A DNA stretch of 64,000 bases, from positions 496,001 through 560,000 of the forward strand of contig JBLDXI010000048.1 of NCBI GenBank assembly GCA_047495785.1, in the 5' to 3' direction. This DNA comes from Lepidodermella squamata (lineage: Eukaryota > Animalia > Gastrotricha). Every line of letters begins with the position of its first letter. The stretch's first letter is position 1. Positions 38,501 through 50,235 of the stretch are shown one piece after another. Position numbers and translations under genes: made by a program. A model generated the notes under the pieces. It ran no database searches. It saw only the letters and a list, made by a program, of their open reading frames with translations, and was not told where the DNA came from.

Positions 38501-40504
38501 GGAGTGGTCAGAATGACAGCTTGTCAAAAGGCTTACATCGACTCCCCAAATTATCCTAATCCTTATGCTGCTGGCACTACATGCTCGTGGCGAGTTATCT
38601 CTGACACGGTTTGAATTACAACGATTATCATTGGAATTGCTCTCGAATTATTTGTTGAATAGCCGGGTCTTGTTTTCGCGTTTGATGGCAAGCCAGATTT
38701 AACAGTCGGCTCGTGTAAGTTGAACTTCAATGACCATTTTCAAGATCTTTTCACGCAAATGAACAAATGTAGATAAAATGGATCGCTACCATGATCTCGG
38801 TGAATTCTGCGCTGATTTCGTAGAATTTCGCGATGCCTCCGATGGAACACTGCCTTACTACCGCATCTGCTCCTACGGCGTCAGCAGCGGGCACATTTAC
38901 GAGACCAATGGAACAACAGGGGTGCTGCACTTCAAGTCGACAAGTTCCAACCCAGGCAAAGGCTTTCGTCTGTACGTCTACGCCAAGTGTCCAGGAGTTG
39001 ATGACAAGGAAGTAAGAATCACGCCATCCGGCTACGACTATGAAGGTACAAAGAGTACGGCTGATTCGGGGGCTACTTGCAAAACATGGCCGGCAGCTGG
39101 CGGAGTGTACGATGCTTTTGTGTATCCGAGGGGTAAACTCGCTGACTCCAGCAGTTATTGCCGCAACCCGACTTCTGAGCCGACGGGGCCTTACTGTTAC
39201 ACGAATGACTCTCGAACGGTGAAATCACCATGTAGCATCCCTCTTGCTCGTAGGCATGAAGTTGTCTGCATATTATCTCATTACAACACCTTGTATTTTC
39301 TGAAGCTGTCTTTTGTGATTCTCCGGTTTGCAACTCCAATCAGCAATGTACAGCTCCTCAAACCTGCGCTTGCAAATATGGCTGGACTGGAACTAATTGC
39401 GCTATTGGTAAATTCGTCCTTATTGGAAATTATTTTCAATTTTTTATTTCTGTCAAAGCGATTTGCGACAGCCCTGGATGTAATCAATATCAAGAATGTT
39501 TGGCTCCCAATACTTGCACCTGTAAAACAGGATGGAGTGGTTCAAACTGTTTGTCACGTGAGTCGAAATTTTTCATTCTTGCCCAGTCCAACGCCCGCTG
39601 AAACGTAAGCAACGTGAAGTCGCCAACCTCGGTTGGTAGCTTTGAGTTAAGAGTCTTCCCGGAATGGTTTAGATTCCGAATTTGTCCCAATTAATGGTGG
39701 GCTTTAATAAAACGTTGTATGAATTTGCTTGTCATTCACCTTCCCTAACAACCTTTTAATAGTCGATGAACCTTTTAATCGTTTTGAAGCTATATTCAAA
39801 CGTTGCATCAACCCGACTACGAGCGAATTGGGAGGATGCCGCTTAACCTGTCTGCCCGGCGAAACTGCCCTAAAGGGAGGGCCAGATCAAAGTTCTTGCA
39901 GCCAAGGTGTAAGTACCACCACACGTTTTTAAAAGATCTGCATTCATCAGAGTCCTATTGGGGCATAACTTTTGTTGAAAATTTAATTTCCTGACTAATT
40001 ACCTGACTAATTCACTTTTCGCAGTCGGCGAAGAAATGCACGGATGGCAAGACAATCGTTTGTGTTTCTGGCAGTATGGGATGTCCGGCCAATTTTAACT
40101 CAGTTGTAAGTCATGAGAAGTCGATGATAAAGCATTTGTTGAACGAATTTTCTTGATTTCAGAAGCCCATGTACAACTCCTACAAGTTTTTCGCCCGCAA
40201 TTTGCTCGCTTGCAATCATGTTGACGGATGGGTATGATTAAAACTTCCATTTTGACGGCATAGGCATGAAAACTGGTGTTGCTCTATCAGGTTTACGTTC
40301 GCTGCGCGAAAAATGATGCTAATGCTGGTTTGAATGATTTCATCGACTGTCGTCGCAAAACAGCGACATTAGGCTGCCGTGCGAATGAGGCGAGTTTAGA
40401 TATTTCGTTATAATTTGTAATGAATTTTGTCATGTCCCGTTGAGCAGAAAGAATTTCCGTTCACGACCTACACTTCTGTCGAAAGTTGCTACGCGAACTT
40501 GTAA
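35553..40504 (+). CDS. Secreted astacin-like (M12A) pseudo-metalloprotease with EGF, CUB, kringle, two EGF and a Cys-rich tail. 18 exons: 35553-35633, 35945-36037, 36104-36305, 36798-36927, 37207-37264, 37319-37354, 37697-37755, 37811-38037, 38355-38608, 38663-38714, 38773-39249, 39306-39407, 39459-39557, 39790-39908, 40025-40105, 40163-40231, 40291-40389, 40448-40504
   Basis: Signal peptide; prodomain LMEGD; MEEKTCLPF, RYNRDDYI, GVPFDFAS, LSFNDFKVINLRYGC; CQFGGYQDPKNCSQCRCPPGFGG; CUB (SPNYPNPY..C.W); kringle (YCRNPTSEPTGPYCYT); two EGF exons. The hand-spliced model is stop-free. Confidence 0.8.
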
Positions 40505-40880
40505 TTGGGATATATGGATCCATTCATCATCGAACTGTATCTAATTTATCTGAACCAAGTTTTGATTCATGATTTTGCGTTGGCTTCGCGCTTGCGAAAT
40601 ACGGTGAACAAATATATTTAACTGAATATCGCATTTTCCTGCTTCTTCTGCAGATATGTTTTTAGCCTGTTTAAATTAGCTAAAGGAATACGTCCCTCCA
40701 ATTAATTAATCAAAATAAATGCACGATATTCTAGGCGAATCTTACCGTGTTAAAGGATGCTTATAACTACATTTTAACAAATATCAGTGATAAATTAGTA
40801 CCCATCTTCTTCTGTCTCATTTCAGACATTACTTCAAGCTATTTATTGATAATATCTGATTTATTTATTGCCTTCATGTT

Positions 40881-41388
40881 TCATTGAGTCATAGCAAGGG
40901 ATTCTGAACTCGGAGTCATACTCATCAAGGCACGTTTCCGTTTAACCGCATCTGATGCGTGACAGATGTAATCTTCGACCCGGTCCAGGACGAGTTCTAG
41001 ATCTTCCGTTTGATGAGCTTTAATCGCCAGTTTCACGGCCTCAGCTGCAACTTGTTGACCAGCTTCATCCGAGCCAAATTTTTCAGCTAGCCGGTATTTC
41101 TCCACGACAATTTGAGCGATTTCCCAGAAAGAGAGAGTCGGATTTCTTACAGAGCTGTGATGATCATCAGCCGGGCATTCGCTGTCGTCCGAATCAATCA
41201 TTTCCAGCAGGTCAACCGTTGAACTTGCGTAAGACGCACTCGACCAACTCGATAGGCTTTCCAGATCGTCAAAATCTCTCGTTTCTTCTATAAAAAGTGT
41301 TAGATAAAGGATGCATTCTCAATTTGAAATATATGCGTTTACCTTGAATGTGAATCGACTCCATTTTATCGCAAATTTCTGATGCCAT
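40881..41388 (-). CDS. Orphan two-exon gene (about 150 aa). Exons 41388-41343, 41287-40881
   Basis: A 55-nt GT-AG intron joins MASEICDKMESIHIQ to EETRDFDDLESLSSW...MIDSDD in frame; AATAAA just after the stop. Confidence 0.65.
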
Positions 41389-42348
41389 ATTCGCAGATTT
41401 AATGTCTGAAAGATTATCTTGAGTAAAATTAACAACTTTTATTACTACGTGTCATTTATTCGTAAATGTTATATACTGGGCAGAGTCACGAGGATCTTTT
41501 GTTTAGTTGGAGAGAGGTTTTTGAGTGCAAAATCATTATTAGATGGTCATAAAAAATCGAACGTGATTGATAAACGGTTACTAATTCGGGTTACGCTAAT
41601 TGATTAGTAGTAGGGTGTTTTTGTCATGTGACGCGCTCAAAATTGTTAGAATAAATGACAGTCCGTGAACATTTCCCTGCGCTCCTCCATTGCAAATATG
41701 ATATCCTGGCTTCAGGGTAAAAATTATGAAAAAAATCTTGAATAATCGACCGAAATTTCAAGTGATTACTTGAAGTATCTGATAAGTAACTCATAGTTTA
41801 ATAAAGTAAAATACTTCGCATTTTATGAAATTAATAATTAGTGCAAAAATAAGAAAAATTCACCTACTTCCAGCACGGTATGGCGCTTAGCCAAAACGCT
41901 ATAAGCTATGCATGAGAAGATGTTTGAAGCAGCAAAACAGTGTTGATGCACATTCTCTTAATAAACTGTGTATTTTATGGGCAGGTGCTTTGCAATATGG
42001 AGGATAATGTCATAACGTCGCTGTTATGAGCAAGCCGCATGAAAAACCCTGTATGGATCAGGTTGGCCGGTAATCATAATTTTCAAGCACTCTGGGCTTG
42101 GTATTTTTCCGGTGTGAACATTTACACCCAAGTTTTTTGAAATTGTACTGGATCATTGGCGTTTCAAGGTCGTTAATATCTCACCAGACAATTCAATTTG
42201 ATTATTTATTAACTTAAACAGTAATCAAGAACAAAAGAAATCGGTCAATCTCAAAGAAAGGATCACAACTTGTAAGCAATACATTATCCATACATTGTAC
42301 GGAAAGTCGTAGTTGAAAGAAAGTCAACGAGTTGTTCTACAGCAGTGA

Positions 42349-45300
42349 TCACTGCTTCACACCGACGCAAAACGTGCGAATTTGCATCGGCCGCATTGTG
42401 ATTGAATCCCAATTACCATTGGCGTGTTGGTTCTCTGCAACAGCCCGCTTGATACCCATCGGATCAGCTTGCGATGGCCAGTTCAATCGGACCAAATCAG
42501 AGATTGGCATGTTAGCTCCGAGGGCGAGTTCGTTGATTGTGATCATATTAGGGTCGGAAACTCCTAATAAGCTTTGAACAAAAGCCAATAGATTGACTGT
42601 AGTATCCTGAGACCATTTAGCATCTTCGTTGATTTCGAACAGATGTTCAAGCCGCAGCATGGCAGTGCAGTTCTGGAAGTTCCGCTCCAAGGTCATCAGA
42701 TGAATGTTTGCCGGGAGAATCGGAGGATCAGCAATTTGAGAAACGGGTTTTCCCATTGAAACCTGGAAGAATGAAATTCAGCATTACCACATCGCAATTT
42801 CAAAAACTCACCATAGGGTGAAGGCCAGCTTCTGACCATTCTTCCAAGCTCGAGATGGGGGTGAAGGCCAGTGTTGGGCCATTCATAACTGCTTGGCTTA
42901 TCTTCCGATAGTTGACAGCAGCATTGGCCGGGGAGTTCAAAGTGATTCGAATGTGACCAGTGGCGACTAGGCCCTCTCCGTTTTCAGTCTCAAGAAGTGG
43001 CTCGCCAACTCCGAAGTTATCGTCGTAGGTCAAACGCCGATGGACCATGAGTTCAAGAGTTCCCTCTCTAAATCCACTAGCACCTTGAGCTCGGTCAGTA
43101 ATAGCTGTCAACTGAGCCATTGAGTCGCGTGTGCTGATTCTCGCAACGATTGGGTAGTAATTTTGGGAGACATTCTGAGTCGGCTGTAAGGTCCACGTTG
43201 GTCGGAAATCTTTCTTTCTCTCCAACATTTCACGACCATTCGCGTCGGTCAAGAATAGATCTTGATTTTTGATTGAAGATGAAAAGATCGACACAACTTC
43301 TCGGCCGACAGTTGTTTCGTCCCTAACGTTGCCAAGATTGGTCGGAATTTGACCGACAACCCATTGAACGTCGAGACTTGGCTCATTGGAATACAAACGA
43401 TAGATCGACTTGGCCCAGGAAGAATGCTTCTTGTGAAGTTCGACAACCTGATTGCCAACAATCGTAAAAGTTTCCCCGCCTTCGCTTTCATCGAACCAAT
43501 GGAGGTCGTTGGCATCTGGAGTGAATCGATAAGCGCCAGATGTTGGAGCAGGGGGTAGAACTGTTGTGTAGTAAGCCAAGGCATGGTTGAATTGGATCGA
43601 AACTTTATCATTCGAGTTCTGTAGGCCAGCAATATTACCCCTTTCGTCCAAAATCAACTGAAGGATGCCGTTATTAATTGATTGCTTTAACCCTGCAACC
43701 GGTTCCTTTGGCAAATGTTCAAGCGAAGAAGAGGGCTTGATGAAGAAGGTGCTAGCTCCAAGAGCAGGTAGGTTGCCCTTGAAAACCAACTCGTGAGTAG
43801 CAGTTGAGTTAATTCTGGTTGGAATTGATCCGATATCAGTGTCCAAGATCGGGATCAAGTCACTAATCAAAACGGCGCCATTCGAATCCATGACCTTCAT
43901 ACCCATTCCTTTCGGAACTTCAACCGGGATCCTGAGCCAATACATGTGATTCTCAGCCAATCGATTGTAAGCGATGACTGAGAAACCCTTATCCGACATC
44001 ATTTCACTGGCTGGGCAGTAAGTTTCGTTCAAAAGTGGGCAGAAAGTAAGTTGAGGCATTGCGCAGGTTGATTTTTCCTTGCAGAGAATCGATTGATAGG
44101 TCATTGCTGAGATATTATGAGCAATTGCGATTGATTTCGACGCCCGTAATCTAGCGTCATCAGTAACGTGCTGCTTCGAAGTGCCTGAAACAGCATCGTG
44201 ATGAGTTAGGATTCCAACAGTATCTTCGACATAGTCCATTCTCGGATCATCCGGGGTTTTAGGGCTGAAAGTCAGTAGTTGACGGACGGTGCCATAAGCA
44301 TTGTTCAACTCCCTAACAATCCCCTTCAAACTTGGCCGAGAGGTGAAGTAACCCGTCCAAAATGAGGCAGCCCCGTCAGCATATGGGAAAAAGTCGTCAG
44401 ATTTTCTAGCCAAAGGTTTTGGGGCCAGCTGATTAACAGCTCGGGTGTAGCAGGACGGAGATGAGTAAAATGCATAGAAATCATTAGACTGATTATTCAA
44501 GTTACGAATCAAGGCATCCATGTTCAAGAACCAAGTCGAGGCTGAGATGTAGTTGAAATCGCAACCCATTGTTACCATAATATTCGGAGTGGGGTAAACA
44601 TCTTGCTGTTGTTTAAGCCAGAACGAAAAGACGCCCAGTCTCTCGGGTACATTATAGTCCTCCAGATTAGGATCATCCATAATAGGGTCGTCATTTGAGA
44701 AAACGTCCCAGTTGAAACCACCAGGTGGGCAGTAAGTTGTACCAGGGAAAGCGCTGGTGAAGATGTTGAGGTTCAAATCTGGCGTCGATGGGCGCAGCTT
44801 CCAAACCAATTCAGTCGTTTTATTCCGTTCACGAAGTTGCCGGTCTTGATAGTCAAGACGAGCGAAGAACAGACCATTCATGCCGAACTCTGCTGATAGC
44901 GACGCCAATTCCCTCGAATGGCCGAAAGGGTCGATCTGCCAGGCGATTAATGGCGTGTAATAAGGGTCGATTTCCGTGCGAATGAAGTCGAAACCCAGGG
45001 TATGGGAGTCTACCAAAGCCCCGTAATCAGTCGTAGCCTCATCAGCCATAGCCCAGCCAGCGCAGACAATTTCGAGCTGGCCATTTCTCAAGACCTTTCT
45101 GAACAGATCTTTCATGGTATCAGTCTGGCGACGCCACCATCTCTTCAGAAATGCCATTTCAACCTGAACGTATTTTCGGCTGGGGTTCATCGACAGGGCT
45201 GTAATCGCTGAGTCGATCGTGTATTGAACTCCAGCGTTTTGAATGTCATTTCTCGCGCCGTAGAAGTACTGATCAACAGTTTTCAGCCAGCCAACATCGT

Positions 45301-45610
45301 CATGAGAATGAGGAATGATATGGACGTTTGTCTTCGTGGTCGAAAGAGGTGGGCAATGCTCGTCGTGCAATCCCTTATTATAGGGCGATGGGTCTTCCTT
45401 CGGCTTTTCGTCATGGTGGTGATGCTTATCGAGAATTGAGCTCATTTCGATATCGCTGGTCATCCAAAATGAAGTTGTGATTGCCCCGAGGAAAAATGAG
45501 GCGAGGATTAGAGCAGTAATCAAAAGACAGTGCCAGCATTTTTGCCGGTCTGGTTTCACCAGATGGCTGTGCTTGTGGTGGTAGGGCAACCACTCTTTTG
45601 CAGTGGTCAT
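42349..45610 (-). CDS. MAN2B1: GH38 alpha-mannosidase, lysosomal MAN2B1-like. Exons 45610-42812, 42762-42349
   Basis: HSHDDVGWLKTVDQY, WQIDPFGHS (nucleophile D), TMGCDF, WTGYFTSRP, HHDAVSGT, LELMVHRR, LRLEHLFE, MRPMQIRTF; single 49-nt intron. Confidence 0.92.
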
Positions 45611-46088
45611 TTCTAAATCTTCTATAAAATAAAAGGTATAACATGTGTATGCTTCTAACTTGTAGCCGGCGATCGATTGGAAGAAATCGATTCAACCGCA
45701 TATCCAATAAGCGCCCATAAATAAGCAATGGTGTTGAAATAAACAAGTGAGGCCAAAGTCTACTCTTACGGGAGGAGTGGCTCTATACTGAATGCTGGTG
45801 TGATAAGGCCCCATGTCAAGGTACCTAGGCGTCCAAGATAACAACCGAGCACCGGGCAGGGACCGGAAAAACACGAAAAGCGATAAATTGTCGCACCGCG
45901 AACAGATAGAAAGCGCGGTAAAAGTGGTTTGTATGATAAAAACTAATCTGGTGTGGAGCTATCTGAGGATGTATCCCTCTAGCCAAGGCGATAACAATGA
46001 AGCAAAAAATAAGTGGCGCGTGACTCTATTTAAATCGCGTGCATCATCTGTTTGAGTCGCATGATTTGTAAACACATATGGTGACCGA

Positions 46089-46218
46089 GGCGATATCTAG
46101 TTACTAAAAATAGCTGAGGTCAGGGCGATATCTAGTTACTAAAAATAGCTGAGGTCAGGGCGATATCTAGTTACTAAAAATAGCTGAGGTCAGGGTGATA
46201 TCTAGTTACTAAAAATAG
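46089..46218. repeat. 35-bp tandem repeat, about 3.7 copies
   Basis: Unit GGCGATATCTAGTTACTAAAAATAGCTGAGGTCAG at 46089, 46124, 46159 and a partial copy at 46194. Confidence 0.95.
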
Positions 46219-47578
46219 GTCATATTAAGAAGATGGTCATAACATTGAAAAAATGGTTTTACTGTAAAAAATCGCTCTGAGATATCGCCCTGGTGAGCTA
46301 ATAAGAAAATTCAACGAAAATAAAGGGCATAAATGTGAGGGGGACTATGGGTTCCCCGGATGGGCAGATAGAATTGGGTAAACACGATAAAGTAATTAAA
46401 AGTTGGACCTTAGATTTTCACGATAGGACCTAATTAATTAAACCGCAGGGTGATAACTTTTTTGGTTTTTAGACAGGATTCCCCGTAAAATGAGAAGATG
46501 ATAACTTTTTCATTTTCCAGTCAGGAATCGCATTTTTCTGTGGCTTTCACTTTGTCAAAATAATTGAAGATAACTTTTTCCATTTTAAGCCGGAAAACTC
46601 ATTCTTTGACTTGCTTTAGTTTATGTATGTATGTCTGATTTCACTCAATTTTTCAATCATTTCCATGGTCTCGGCAGGCTACTTTTATGAAATCAGGGCA
46701 CCCTTGATAGGCACACACCAGTCATGAGAATAGAGATTCCACAAGGCTATGCGAGCGGAGCGAGCATGCCCAACTTGACCTCTATAGTTCGTCTGGAAAC
46801 TGATTTTTGAAGAATGATACTAGGACACGTTGGCCATGCTCACTCCGTTCGCATTGGCATGGTGATTAAGGATTGTCAACGTGTATGTGTGTGTTTGTTT
46901 GCTTATCCAAAATCATCTATCAACGCGGTCTCTGAGGTGTGGTATCAGGTGTGCCTGCCCCATGTTAAGCAAACAATGGCTGGAATGGTTGCGGAAAAAT
47001 TAAGGTGGAATCGAAGACACTATTAGTGCGGCAATAAAGTAATAAAGTAATTTAATAATGTAATTACTTTTCTCATGGATTTAAGCACACGCTCATATTT
47101 AGAAAATGAGAGCATAGTTGAATCTAAACTAAGTGCCTTCTAAACTTCTTCCTTGATTTTTAAATTACACACAAATGATTTATCAGTGTGTTTGTTTTTT
47201 TGTTACTTGAACGCGTGCCAGAAATCGAATATCCACTGCGCAGTGGTGATTCATATTCTAAAATTAGACTGACCGAGGCGATAAAATATGTTAAAAACAG
47301 CGAGAAATAACGAAATATAAAGACTAGCAGCGCCATATGTGTTCGGCGTCTGCTTTGTTACGCCAGGCTTTCTTTACTACGGAAACAATGGACTTCACCA
47401 AGGATTTCACTGAGCTGTGGGCCACATAGGTTGCATAGAAAAGAAAGGACATGCATGTGTTTTTGGTTTGATGTATCAACGAAATTAAGCACAAAGTACA
47501 TTTAATTCTCACTTCAAGTTCTGCATGTCAAAATTCAAAACCTGAATGCAAAACTCCGAAATATTCGGTCTTTTTATT

Positions 47579-48858
47579 TCAAGGCACCAGAGTTCTGTAT
47601 TCTTGGAAAATCAAAATAAGCACGAACTGCACTGCCATCCAAATGGCAGATAATCTGATTGTCCGTTGAGATCCGCTCAACAAAGTGTTATTGAATCCAA
47701 AGCCCTGTTGCAACTGCGATCCTGAAAGAATCGTCGAGCTTTGCCCGTTAAACTGGCTCAGGTACTGGTTGCTGCCTGACAAGCCTGCAATCGACAAAAC
47801 CGACGTTAGAGAAGTCGACGTCGATGTTGTACACAGCGTTGCATTGTTATTGCAATTGTTCGTGCAACAACTGCACATTGTTATGCGGCCGCCTGCTTTC
47901 GGTTTCAGATCTATCGTCGCGTCTGTGCAAGTATATTCGTTGTTGACGTAGTCCAAGTAGTTCTGAACTGTGTTGAGGACTCCGTCGACAACTGGAATGC
48001 CGGTGCCGAATGCTGATGTTTTAGGACAGATCCAAAATGTTACACCGACTCCTGGCAAACCAGCTGCAACCAAAGTTTGAGCTTTTCCAGCAGTTATCTC
48101 CACTTTGATACGCTACAGATTGCGCGGGAAAAAGTTACATTTCAATTGAATTGACCAATAAATTAAAAGGGACCTTGTGATTTAAAGGGGGACTTGGGAG
48201 ATTCTTGGCAACACACGGGGGAGCGCGTCCTTGGTAACCAGCAAAGATTCCGTAGTAACGAAGGAAACTGATAACCTGCACGAAGTACCGAAAGGAATGG
48301 AGGGTATTGAACCCCCAAGGTCGCAGAGAAAAATTCAAAAACCACAGGGGGACCATTTGTCATAAAACTGGAGCCCGAAAATACTCCGTAGATCCAGAAT
48401 CCTGCTTCGCGTACTGCTGGTAACTAAGGACGCTTATAATATATTAGCTTGTCACAGCGATATGCTGAAGGGAAAGGATCCATTTGGTTGTCTCAGGCAC
48501 GAAGATTTACATGTCTTTTGCGATACAACTATATTAGTAACTTTCACGCTTGGATGGGGTGGGAAAAGTGAAACTGACTTTCGTGGTAACTACGGACGCT
48601 TCGGTTGCCAAGGACGGAGATATCTCGATTTTGGCATGAGAATTGGTGGACTTACCATGCAATATTGGCATTGTGAATCTTGCGATAACGTTACAGTATT
48701 CGTACCAAGGTCATACAAGGTTCCAGTATAACAATTAAGAACTAATTAATCAATAAATTATAAAGCTTTTTCCCAAACTGAAATGATGAAAGCTAACCTC
48801 CAGCTCCCGAAACCAGAGAAATAATTGCAGATGCAAAAAATGATTGAATTAATAGCAT
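47579..48858 (-). CDS. Ly6/uPAR (three-finger)-like GPI-anchored protein, paralog A. Exons 48858-48798, 48741-48656, 48112-47579
   Basis: Signal peptide; LNCYTG...CQYC; WICPK; CSCCTNNCN (CC-x-CN end motif); Ser/Thr stalk; hydrophobic C-terminus. Confidence 0.75.
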
Positions 48859-49170
48859 TTTTCACAGTTTTACATAGAATTTTAACGTTATATAACACAA
48901 AAGGTGGGCATATTATGCGGCAGTGCTAAATCCTTATGAAAAATGGGATTAACAGTTGCGCTGGCGTTTAAACCCCATCTCATGTACCTGCGTTATACTA
49001 TCAGCGACTTGGAAATAAGGAGAAGAATGAGAAGGTGTTTAAAAGATGTGGGTGGTTCTGTTAGAATGAATCCGAGGGTGGCCGAAACCGGAAATCGTCA
49101 TAGACGCATGGCACGCTGAAATTACTGAAATTAACATGAAAATAATCGAAATTCGATCTTAATTTTTTAT

Positions 49171-50235
49171 TCAAAATAAAAATTGACAAAATTTCAATAA
49201 TGCGATAACAGCTGGTATTGTTAATTTTTCGCGGAAAATCGAAACGGCCGACGAAGCCAAAATCGGATTTTTGATAGCTTGGACACCCTGACTGACCGCT
49301 TGACCGACTACCTGGCCAACAACGCCTGTTGCTGTGTTAACCAAGCCGTTGACAGCTGAGTCGACCAAGGATTCAGCTGATGTGATGACAATAGGGCACA
49401 TAAAGTTGTCATCGGTGTTGCATTTATCCGAACAGCAGGAACACACCGAAATTCGACCACCGATCTTTGAAAAAATAAAAAAAAATAAAATCTAAATGTT
49501 AGAAACAAAGTGCCTATTTTTACATAATCATGTGGTATTTTAACTATTTGTACATAATTTTTAAAATTGAAATTTGCTTTTTCACCAATTTCCGAGGTTT
49601 TCCTGGTTAGGGTTAGGGTTAGGGTTGGGGTTGGGGTTAGTTTTGAAAAAAGTTTAGTACAAATAGGGAGTTAAATTTTCAAAAAATTCGTGAAATTTCA
49701 AAACTATCCAAATTTTGATAAAATGTGTACCTTTGGTCTTAATTCTACGCTAGTGGTTACACAGCTCAGGAAGTCGTCCAGATACTTGAGCACAACCTCC
49801 AAAATGCCATTTGAAATCGGTGAAAATTGGCTGAGGGATAATGTTGAGCCAACTTTAGGGCACGACCATACAACAACGCCAACAGACGGTTTTATAAATG
49901 ACAAAAACGTGTTCGATATCGAAAAATTTCTAGGCGGCGTCACTTCGACCTTGACCTTCTGAAAAATCATGCTTTCAATTATTTTATTGGAAAAATTGGG
50001 GACAATCGATGATTTACCAAGCAATATTGACAATTTGACTCAGTTTGAAGCGGTAAAGGAATGCCGAAGCCTAAAACGTCTGGTCGCGTTCCAGTGTAAC
50101 AGGTGTAGCCTAGAAAAATGTTGGTTTATTGCCGAACTTATATATGAAGAATCGCCTATTTTTACCTGAAATCACGCTTGAAACATGGGAAGTAGCAATA
50201 AAACACAAAAATTGCGAAAATTCAAATATTTTCAT
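49171..50235 (-). CDS. Ly6/uPAR (three-finger)-like GPI-anchored protein, paralog B. Exons 50235-50166, 50109-50018, 49958-49731, 49464-49171
   Basis: YTCYTG...CQYCL|KVKVEVT...WSCPK...RPK|IGGRISVCSCCSDKCN; aligns colinearly with paralog A; hydrophobic C-terminus. Confidence 0.75.
49605..49640 (+). repeat. Interstitial telomere-like repeat (TTAGGG)3 plus TTGGGG variants
   Basis: GGTTAGGGTTAGGGTTAGGGTTGGGGTTGGGGTTAG read directly. Confidence 0.85.

Noticed and set aside
42349-45610. Horizontal transfer from bacteria as the reason for the near-intronless mannosidase
   Set aside because: The motifs are eukaryotic lysosomal MAN2B1-type and a spliceosomal intron is present.
46089-46218. 35-bp repeats as a CRISPR array
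   Set aside because: The units are contiguous with no unique spacers, the context is eukaryotic, and there are no cas genes.
49605-49640. True chromosome end or programmed DNA-elimination breakpoint
   Set aside because: Only 36 bp, degenerate, and inside an intron with colinear exons on both sides.
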